A stretch of DNA of 64,000 bases from Patescibacteria group bacterium UBA6017 (lineage in GTDB: Bacteria > Patescibacteriota > Saccharimonadia > UBA4664): assembly GCA_002429485.1 (NCBI GenBank), contig DIZX01000011.1:55258-119257 (forward strand), read 5' to 3'. The position numbers were made by a program, and so were the translations under genes. Of this stretch, positions 19,385 to 26,599 are shown in pieces. Below the pieces are notes generated by a model. The model worked only from the letters and a program-made list of their open reading frames with translations, ran no database searches and was not told the DNA's origin. The first letter of the stretch is position 1, and each line of letters begins with the position of its first letter.

Positions 19385-20416
19385 TTAGAAGCTTGCTGTA
19401 CAGATATAAGTCATCGTCGAAGTATAAACGCCTGCCGCTTGCGCGCCGCCGATATTCACGATGTAGCTCGATGTAAAAGTATTCGCATTTGTCGGTAAGC
19501 CAGCCTGAGCCACACTATCGCCGCTGCCAAAACGATACGAATTCGCCGTACCATATGTCCCGCTGAACGTTCCACTCCCAACACCTGTCGGGTCGGCCCC
19601 CACCGCCGGAGATGCATTAGAACGTAAGTTTAATCCAAACTGACTCGTACCTATCGCGCTGACCGTTTGCGCAGCTAAAGCCGGTATTGTATTCACCCCA
19701 GACGCCAAAGTGCTGCCGTTTATCGTCACCGTATAGCCGTTCGCGGCATTAGTCTGAGCCTGCATAACGCTCGTGCCGCTTCTCGTCAGTACCGGCGAGA
19801 AATCTCCAAAATCAATAGTATTGCCAGCTACCGTAGTACAATCAGGACCGATTGAGGTTCCAACGCAGAATACTAATATCTCAGGGGTCACCCCGGTAAG
19901 CTGTACTGGCTGCGCCGTACTCATAGCTACCGTTCCGGTATCCGTCACACCCGTCGCTCCATCACCGCCCGTGTAAGTCGAGATGCGCACGAAGTATGAA
20001 GTATTTGTCGCTGATGGATTCGTAATCGTGCCTAACGTATAGCTCAGCGCTGTCCCAGAGTTTAGATTAACTGCACCTCGCGTAATGTACGGTGCCCCAT
20101 TAGCCCCATTCACTATCGCGAATCCCACTGCTCCGCTTTGAGCCGTAAGTGTGGCACTCGTCGTTACTACACCGGCCGGCATCGCGCAGACGCCCGTAGG
20201 CGCCGAACATAACTCAAATTTAATCGAGCCGATATTGGCAGTCGTAGCAGTGGTCGCATTCACGGTATAGTTAGTTGTCGCGCCCTGAGCGCTCGAACCC
20301 ACCTGCACATTGCGCGGGGAGAGCCCGGCAGCTGATGTACTCAAAGGGGCTAATATCAGCGCCAGGACGGCTATCCGCCGTAGGCTGTGCGAGGAAGTTT
20401 GGATTAAATGCTTCAT
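19385..20416 (-). CDS. secreted tandem-domain SCPU/Csu-pilin-like protein (P1)
   Basis: Signal peptide. Two modules, each with a Cys pair (IKFELCSAPTGVCAMP; LVFCVGTSIGPDCTTVAGNTIDFGDFSPV) and a terminal strand motif (YFVRISTY; AQAAGVYTSTMTYICTASF). These resemble the CsuA/B features TGCTVGG..NKFGTLNFG and AQGDYKDTLLVTVNF. Confidence 0.6.
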   Translation of the reverse strand: MKHLIQTSSHSLRRIAVLALILAPLSTSAAGLSPRNVQVGSSAQGATTNYTVNATTATTANIGSIKFELCSAPTGVCAMPAGVVTTSATLTAQSGAVGFAIVNGANGAPYITRGAVNLNSGTALSYTLGTITNPSATNTSYFVRISTYTGGDGATGVTDTGTVAMSTAQPVQLTGVTPEILVFCVGTSIGPDCTTVAGNTIDFGDFSPVLTRSGTSVMQAQTNAANGYTVTINGSTLASGVNTIPALAAQTVSAIGTSQFGLNLRSNASPAVGADPTGVGSGTFSGTYGTANSYRFGSGDSVAQAGLPTNANTFTSSYIVNIGGAQAAGVYTSTMTYICTASF

Positions 20417-20443
20417 GCTATGTTTGTTTCCGTTATGCTTGTT

Positions 20444-21532
20444 TTAGAATGTCGCGGTACAGATATAAGTTAATGTTGCCGTATACACCCCTGCGGCCTG
20501 ATCGCCGCCAACGTTTACAATGTAGGAATTTGTGAATAAGTTAGTATTCGTGACCCCGCTCACGCTCGCCACTGTATCCCCCGTAAAGTGTCTAAAGGCA
20601 TTAGCCGTATTGTAACCACCCACACCGACAGAAGTTCCGGGGCCCGATACATTGTTACCGACAGTTGGCGTGGCATTAGACTTCACGTTCGTCCCGAACT
20701 GGCTGGTTCCGGTAGTTGAAGTACAGCTCGGCGAACAGCCAGCCGAATTCAAAGACTGCGTCCCCATAGCCGTAATTGTATTCGCCCCACTCGATAGGGT
20801 TGTACCCGTGAGTGTAATCGCATATCCAAAGCCAGCATTCGTACTAGCACTCATCAGACTAGTCCCGGTATTGGTCGCGACCGGGGAAAACACCCCAAGA
20901 GATACTGCTGATCCAGTCATATTACTGCAATCCGTCCCGCTAGTACCCACACAAAAGACTAAACTCTCTGGCATTGTACCGCTCACTACGATCTGGTTTG
21001 CCGTCGACACAGCAACTGAACCAAAATCCACCTCAACTGTCCCTGATGAATCCGAATAAGTAGTGATACGCCCATAGAACTGCTTATTCGAGGCTGACGG
21101 ATTATGCACGTTCTGGAGCGTTAATGTCACCGTGGTACTAGTGTTTATGTTTTGGGGTGTGCCATTAGTTATCCTGAATGCATTAGTGGTTGGCGCTGGC
21201 GGTGTGCCGGTGCCGGCGGTAAAACCAGATATACCGCTCTGGGCAGAAATAGTAGCAGTATTTGAAGTAAAGCTGACTCCATTGGAATCGCCCGAGTTAA
21301 CGCAACCTATCGCTTCAAGCGGTGAGTCACACATCTCGAACTTAATTGCGCCTATATTCCCCGTCGTGCCGGGCTTAAAGCCAAACGAGTACGTTGTCAC
21401 TGCGCCCGCAGCTGAGCTACCGAGAGTAAGTACCCGGCTCGTTGGCGTCACAGCCTGAGCGGAAAAAGGTGAAGCCAAAGCAAGCAATAGTGCTATCGAA
21501 CTCGTCCGAGCCAGGAGCGTTTTAATTTTCAT
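20444..21532 (-). CDS. secreted tandem-domain SCPU/Csu-pilin-like protein (P2)
   Basis: Paralog of P1. KFEMCDSPLEAIGC and LVFCVGTSGTDCSNMTGSAVSLGVFSPV; the C-terminus is DQAAGVYTATLTYICTATF. Confidence 0.6.
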   Translation of the reverse strand: MKIKTLLARTSSIALLLALASPFSAQAVTPTSRVLTLGSSAAGAVTTYSFGFKPGTTGNIGAIKFEMCDSPLEAIGCVNSGDSNGVSFTSNTATISAQSGISGFTAGTGTPPAPTTNAFRITNGTPQNINTSTTVTLTLQNVHNPSASNKQFYGRITTYSDSSGTVEVDFGSVAVSTANQIVVSGTMPESLVFCVGTSGTDCSNMTGSAVSLGVFSPVATNTGTSLMSASTNAGFGYAITLTGTTLSSGANTITAMGTQSLNSAGCSPSCTSTTGTSQFGTNVKSNATPTVGNNVSGPGTSVGVGGYNTANAFRHFTGDTVASVSGVTNTNLFTNSYIVNVGGDQAAGVYTATLTYICTATF

Positions 21533-21608
21533 TTCTATTTGTACCCATATTCATAATGCTTATGTAAACATTACTACTCCGTGATCGATTGAGTCAAGGA
21601 CAGTTGAG

Positions 21609-22595
21609 CTAGCGAGCCCGAGACTTCGCAATAATGTATCGGTTGTATCTACGGACACCCAGAGTAACAAGGTACACCGTAACGATTATGCCAACCAAGA
21701 CAAGTAACAATAATTTCCATGGTATTACCCAGAACTCGATTGTGTTATCCACAATCTTGCCCGTGGCATAACTCAAAGCCAGGTGAGCCGAATATCTCCC
21801 AAACAACTGCTTCTGATTGAGCGTTTGCGTGAATCTGCGGATACTATCCGGCAAGACGCTCCCTCCTTGCTCGTCGACCTTAACGGTCGCAACTTTGTGC
21901 CCCATCCAGTCCGTAACATCGATGCTCCCACCTGGACGCTCGTGAACGCTCCCCTCGTTCTTCAGCCGGACCAAAAAGCCAACAGGTCCATATTCGAAAA
22001 ACGATCCTGTTACATCTTTTTTGGTTTTAGTATTCGTTTGATACGCGCTGAACTCAGCCAAGCTCATTTTATCGGTAATGGCCCCCGACACCTTCAGTAA
22101 TATCAATGACCCCACACTGGCCGAAAGCGCAACACCTGTACCGTCAACACCAGGCGCAACTCCAGTGAATCGAACAACCCCGAAATGACCACCGGGCTCA
22201 GCATTTTTAGGTATGGTGATGGTGACAGTCGTCGTCTTCAACTCTCTCGGAGCCAACTTCAGATCAGGAACCCCCGAAATCCAGTATTTCAACGAATACC
22301 GTGTTGCTCCGGTTTCATCGAGCAATATATGGGGGGCACCGTCTTCGCTGGTTCCCGCTCCAAAATCATCCGCCTTGCCCTTAGTTATCAGCGTGGCCGC
22401 AGTAACATTTCTAACCCGGATATTCGCAGTAATTGTCTGCCCGGGATCTGCGCTAAGCTCTATCACCGGCGGAGATATCTCGAGCCCCTGGCCGCCGGTA
22501 GCTTGAGCGTTTACGGGCAATGCTACTGCCAAAGGCGATAGACATAATGCAGCTCCCAGGACAAAAGCGCTCCAACCCAGTAATCTTTTATTCAT
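21609..22595 (-). CDS. membrane-tethered protein with two Ig-like domains (Ig-TM2), paralog of 18353..19345
   Basis: Signal peptide (start MNKRLLGW at 22595). Conserved GGHFGVVRFTGVAP...VALSASVGSLILLKVSG and a C-terminal transmembrane segment with basic tail. Confidence 0.6.
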   Translation of the reverse strand: MNKRLLGWSAFVLGAALCLSPLAVALPVNAQATGGQGLEISPPVIELSADPGQTITANIRVRNVTAATLITKGKADDFGAGTSEDGAPHILLDETGATRYSLKYWISGVPDLKLAPRELKTTTVTITIPKNAEPGGHFGVVRFTGVAPGVDGTGVALSASVGSLILLKVSGAITDKMSLAEFSAYQTNTKTKKDVTGSFFEYGPVGFLVRLKNEGSVHERPGGSIDVTDWMGHKVATVKVDEQGGSVLPDSIRRFTQTLNQKQLFGRYSAHLALSYATGKIVDNTIEFWVIPWKLLLLVLVGIIVTVYLVTLGVRRYNRYIIAKSRAR

Positions 22596-22793
22596 GCAAA
22601 TACCGTACAGCATAAGCCAGATCAATACAACCAAGCCCAAGCGTCTTTCTTCAAGTTAAATACCAATCCACGATTCCGGCGCAAATGTATATCTGCATCA
22701 CAATGTAGCGCCAGCTATCGTAGTTCCGTGTATGTTTGCATGCGTACGCCACAACGTAGGGCTTATCCATTGTTGGCCTTCAGTTAGAGATAA

Positions 22794-22824
22794 GCAAAAT
22801 AGCTCCTCGCCAGGAAGCTATTTG
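22794..22824 (-). terminator. possible attenuator or terminator hairpin between P3 and Ig-TM2
   Basis: Inverted repeat aaatagct(N11)agctattt, about 60 nt downstream of the P3 stop on the transcribed strand. Confidence 0.3.
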
Positions 22825-22884
22825 CCCAAACTCATGACTGCCGAACTGTATCTACCTAGTCCTCAGTTCCTAGTGATAAGTTGC

Positions 22885-24057
22885 CTAAAAGTTGCCTGTG
22901 CAGATAAATGTCTGCGTCGCAGTGTAGGCACCAGCCTTCGTAGTAGCAAGCACGTTGGCTACGTACGCCATCGTGTAGAGCGTGTCCGCGGTTGGCTGTG
23001 TTGCAGAAGCAATCTTCACTCCCCCTGCGGTACTGTAAGAGAACGTGTTGGCCGTAGCGTAGGTACCAAAGGCCGTGCCGGATGCGCTACCGGTTGCACC
23101 CACACCTACTGCAGGCGTCGTGTTGGTCATCAGGTTGAAGCCGAACTGCTCGGCCGTGGCACTGTTGTTCACCGCACCACCCACCGGGAAAGCCGTAATT
23201 GTATCAGCCGTTGTATCCGTAAATGATGAGCCGTTATAGGTAATATTATAACCGTTCAGACCATTTGTCGCCGCGGTCATCTTTGCGATACCGGTCGAAG
23301 CTGCACCATTGGCCATCGGGTTTGGTGACAGCGTCACTGTTGAACCGGTAAAGGTTCCACAAGTCTCGGGTGTACCCGAAGTTGCACCGGAAGTCCCGAC
23401 ACAGAAGACGAGGTTTTCTTGAACGTTCGCGGTTACCGATATCTGCTGAGTTGTGGCCATGGCGATACCACCGAAGTCACGCACGGTCGTAGGAGCTACA
23501 CCCGTACCTTCGTTGTAGGTCGTAATCTTCATGTAATATTGAACATTAGTCGTCGTCGGATTTTTGGCCGCGTTGATCGTACAAGTCCAAGTATTGCCCG
23601 CCGTTGCGGACGCAGATGTGCGAGTCATATACAGAGTATTTGCGGTCGAAGCTTGACCACTCACACCCAAGACAAAGCTTGCTGCGTTCGTACCAGTACA
23701 ACCGGTGGTGGTTGCTGGGCCCGATGTGAAGCTTTCACCAGTGGAGTTACCGGAGTTTACGCAAGACACTGCCGCAAGCGGAGAATCACAGATTTCAAAT
23801 TTAATCGTACCAACGTTCGCCGTCTGGCCAATATTGAATACTGAAGTTAACGTTACGCCCGTTGCCGCCGGCAGCGAGCTGCTCGGAGTTACACTACGAG
23901 TATCAAGCACACCGGCGGTAGAAGCCAACGCCGGGATCGGAGCCAGGCTCACGAGAATAAGCGAGACCGCACCGATCCAAGAAGCAGCTCGCTCGAGGAA
24001 ACTCAGCCTTGTCTTCGCATTTGAAGTTAATTTCATTATTTTTTTAGCACCTTTCAT
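22885..24057 (-). CDS. secreted tandem-domain SCPU/Csu-pilin-like protein (P3)
   Basis: IKFEICDSPLAAVSC, QYYMKITTYNEG, LVFCVGTSGATSGTPETC; the C-terminus is KAGAYTATQTFICTGNF. Confidence 0.55.
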   Translation of the reverse strand: MKGAKKIMKLTSNAKTRLSFLERAASWIGAVSLILVSLAPIPALASTAGVLDTRSVTPSSSLPAATGVTLTSVFNIGQTANVGTIKFEICDSPLAAVSCVNSGNSTGESFTSGPATTTGCTGTNAASFVLGVSGQASTANTLYMTRTSASATAGNTWTCTINAAKNPTTTNVQYYMKITTYNEGTGVAPTTVRDFGGIAMATTQQISVTANVQENLVFCVGTSGATSGTPETCGTFTGSTVTLSPNPMANGAASTGIAKMTAATNGLNGYNITYNGSSFTDTTADTITAFPVGGAVNNSATAEQFGFNLMTNTTPAVGVGATGSASGTAFGTYATANTFSYSTAGGVKIASATQPTADTLYTMAYVANVLATTKAGAYTATQTFICTGNF

Positions 24058-24118
24058 GGCAACATAATATTGTCAGAATCGTAGCATAAGCTTTATTTTG
24101 ATGTCAACACCCTCTAAT

Positions 24119-24928
24119 CTAGTATGTCCCCGTAGCCACCAGCGTCATACCGCCCCCGTAAGTGCCTCCGGGCGAGACACTACTCATATTTGCCATAAAA
24201 CTAATCGTGTAGTCTGTTTCCCCGGAACTACTAGGAGCTGAGGCAATAGTATCCCCCGAAAAATACCGGTACGCATCAGCCGTTCGATAAGGCAAAGGAA
24301 TAACCACTGAAGGGTTAGATAAGCTAAAGGCTGAACTGGGAATAGGCACAGGGTCGGCTCCAACCGCAGCCGGAGAAGCATTCAATCTTAGGTTGATCCC
24401 AAATTGTTCCACTCCGTTGTTCGATGCGCAGGTCGGCGAGCAGCCGGTACTGTTCGCACTTTGTGAACCCATCCCTGCTAAAGCATGCCCGCCGTTACTT
24501 GGCGGAGAGCCAACTATTTGCACCACATAACCAAAAGAAGTGTAATCCTTAACACTGAAGGTTGCCGTAGCTGTCTTGGCTGTCACTAATGAGAGTGCGC
24601 CAAACGCTACTAATGACGTATTCACTATCATCGTCAGGCTCGGTTGTGCCGTGGTATCGAACCCGGATTTAGTCTGGAAGCTTGTCGACGCGCCATTCCC
24701 CACCGCGTTCTCGCCGAGACTCGATCCCCCGTCGTCAGCACTTGGATTGAAAGTAAAGTTGCCTCCGGTGGAGGTTGAATTGAACTGCCCGTTGCCGCCC
24801 ACTTCTCCCTCGACTATTCGATAGCTCGTCGAAGTCGACGACGGATCTCCGATCGCGCCACTAGCCGTGCCGGAGATACCCAGTACCAGGGCCATCGAAA
24901 TTACAAGCTGTCTGTTCCACCTTCTCAT
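24119..24928 (-). CDS. secreted single-domain SCPU/Csu-pilin-like protein (P4)
   Basis: Signal peptide. STGCSPTCASNNGVEQFGINLRLNASPAAVGADP parallels P1 and P2. The C-terminus GGMTLVATGTY ends in an aromatic residue. Confidence 0.5.
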   Translation of the reverse strand: MRRWNRQLVISMALVLGISGTASGAIGDPSSTSTSYRIVEGEVGGNGQFNSTSTGGNFTFNPSADDGGSSLGENAVGNGASTSFQTKSGFDTTAQPSLTMIVNTSLVAFGALSLVTAKTATATFSVKDYTSFGYVVQIVGSPPSNGGHALAGMGSQSANSTGCSPTCASNNGVEQFGINLRLNASPAAVGADPVPIPSSAFSLSNPSVVIPLPYRTADAYRYFSGDTIASAPSSSGETDYTISFMANMSSVSPGGTYGGGMTLVATGTY

Positions 24929-24992
24929 TACTGTTTATCTTGCCGTATTTTGACAAAAATCGCAATCCGCTTGCGCTAGGATGGAATATATG

Positions 24993-25010
24993 TAGCACAA
25001 GCGTTATAAT
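24993..25010 (+). promoter_or_regulatory. island motif TAGCACAAGCG abutting a consensus -10 TATAAT
   Basis: tagcacaagcgTTATAAT with the -10 at 25005-25010. It lies upstream of the gene at 25040, in the region that diverges from P4. Confidence 0.4.
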
Positions 25011-25039
25011 GAGTGGGACTAATTAACAGTGAGCTAGCC

Positions 25040-25963
25040 ATGCCTCCGGGCACTCCCCCGCCAATTCTTCAACTCAATAAACCCAAGCCCAACCTCGGTG
25101 GGAGCTGGAAGCGCCTCAACGGCCGGGCCAGCCTGGTTGCCAGTATCACTTCCCTCTTTGTATTTTTGATGGTCGTCGGCGGCGTGGGCGGCTACTACTT
25201 TGCCCAAAGCCGCAAACCTGCGCCTACTGCCACCAAAACCACCATTTCGACCCTAACCCCCGAAGAACTCGCTAAACTCACCGAGGTCGGCTCCAATCTC
25301 GGTAACTCCGGCCAAACGCTAAATATCGGCGCTAACGCCTTATTCCGAGGCACCGCCAACGTCACCGGTGATCTCACGATCGGCGGCAAGCTCAACGCCA
25401 ACGGCCCTGTGACCCTCAGCCAGCTCAACATCACCGGCACCACCGCCGCCACCGGCCTCAACGTGGGCTCCAACCTCAACGTCACCGGCAACACCACTCT
25501 GCAGCAATCATTGAGCGTGGGCGGGCTCACCACACTGGGCGGCGGGCTCAACGTCGGCGGCGCGGCCAGCTTCAATTCGATCAACGCCACTACCTTGTCG
25601 GTCAGCAACATCAATATCTCCGGCCCCCTGCGCATCAGTCACCTCTCCACCCAAGGGCCCACGCCCACTTTCGTCACCAGCACCAACCTTGGCGGCGGCG
25701 GCACGGGCAGCATTAGCGGCAATGACACCGCCGGCACCGTCAACTTCAATACCGGAGGTGGCACGGCCGCGGGCGTGCTTGGCACCATCACGTTCCGGGC
25801 TGGCTACTCCGGTACCCCGCATGTATTGCTCTCGCCCATCTCCGGTGCCGCCGCCAGCACCCCCGTGTACGTCACCCGCACCACTGGCGGCTTCCAGGTG
25901 CGCACCGACTCCGCTCCCCCCGCCGGCGCCATCCTAAGCTTCGACTACTTCGTCACTCAGTAG
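25040..25963 (+). CDS. type-II membrane protein with beta-helical repeats and a conserved C-terminal domain
   Basis: Start taken at ATG 25040 (the ORF track uses GTG 25013). N-terminal transmembrane segment LVASITSLFVFLMVVGGVGGYYF. Repeats LNVTGNTTLQ / LNVGGAASF. The C-terminus ...FDYFVTQ is paralogous to the ORF at 48655..49779 (...FTYWVVQ). Confidence 0.55.
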   Translation: MPPGTPPPILQLNKPKPNLGGSWKRLNGRASLVASITSLFVFLMVVGGVGGYYFAQSRKPAPTATKTTISTLTPEELAKLTEVGSNLGNSGQTLNIGANALFRGTANVTGDLTIGGKLNANGPVTLSQLNITGTTAATGLNVGSNLNVTGNTTLQQSLSVGGLTTLGGGLNVGGAASFNSINATTLSVSNINISGPLRISHLSTQGPTPTFVTSTNLGGGGTGSISGNDTAGTVNFNTGGGTAAGVLGTITFRAGYSGTPHVLLSPISGAAASTPVYVTRTTGGFQVRTDSAPPAGAILSFDYFVTQ

Positions 25964-26510
25964 CCTGGCCTCCTGGCAACTCCGAGTTCTTGCGAGAATT
26001 GCAAAATATGGCGTAGTTATGTGGCCCGATATCAGTCAAGCGCATTACTGCGGACGGATCACAAAAACGATTCGGCTCGCCTAGATACGCCCGATAACTC
26101 GACCATTCATATTCATCGATCCCCCGAATCCCAACGGGATTCAAATGAATGTACCGGCTTAAGTTCATCAAATCAGCATTGTCACGCACATACCTATCTC
26201 TATATCTGCCCTGAAATATATGGCCGACCTGGCCATAATGCTTGTTGTAATACTTCACATATCCGAGCGCCAGCGACGTCATACATTTCTGTATCGATCC
26301 CCTGCCATCCTGTCTCAGCAGTAAATGGAAATGATTCGGCATCAGGCAGTATGCCGCCACAGTCACCGAATGCTCAGCAGCCGCATCCCGCAACATCCAC
26401 AGAAACTTCTCATAATCCCGTGCATCATGATAAACCGCTTCCCTATGGTTCCCACGATTATATATATGATAAAAATGAAAATCTTCGAAATTTCGGCGTG
26501 GCGTAGGCAT
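25953..26510 (-). mobile_element. IS200/IS605-like Y1 (HUH) transposase, or REP-associated tyrosine transposase-like gene
   Basis: HUH motif (YCLMPNHFHLLL) and Tyr motif (GHIFQGRYRDRYV...YIHLNPV). Start at M17, ATG 26510. The 3' end overlaps the 25040..25963 gene by 11 nt. Confidence 0.6.
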
Positions 26511-26599
26511 ACTCGTATCTCCAGCGCCTACAATACCGAACAAATACCATAAATACAACTTCTGTCAAAAACTCTGAGTTGCAGGGCGGCAGCTACCCC

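Noticed and set aside
22641-22884. 244-bp intergenic region inspected for a tRNA or small RNA
   Set aside because: No tRNA-like acceptor or T-arm sequence (such as GTTCGAATC). It contains only the hairpin reported as a possible attenuator.
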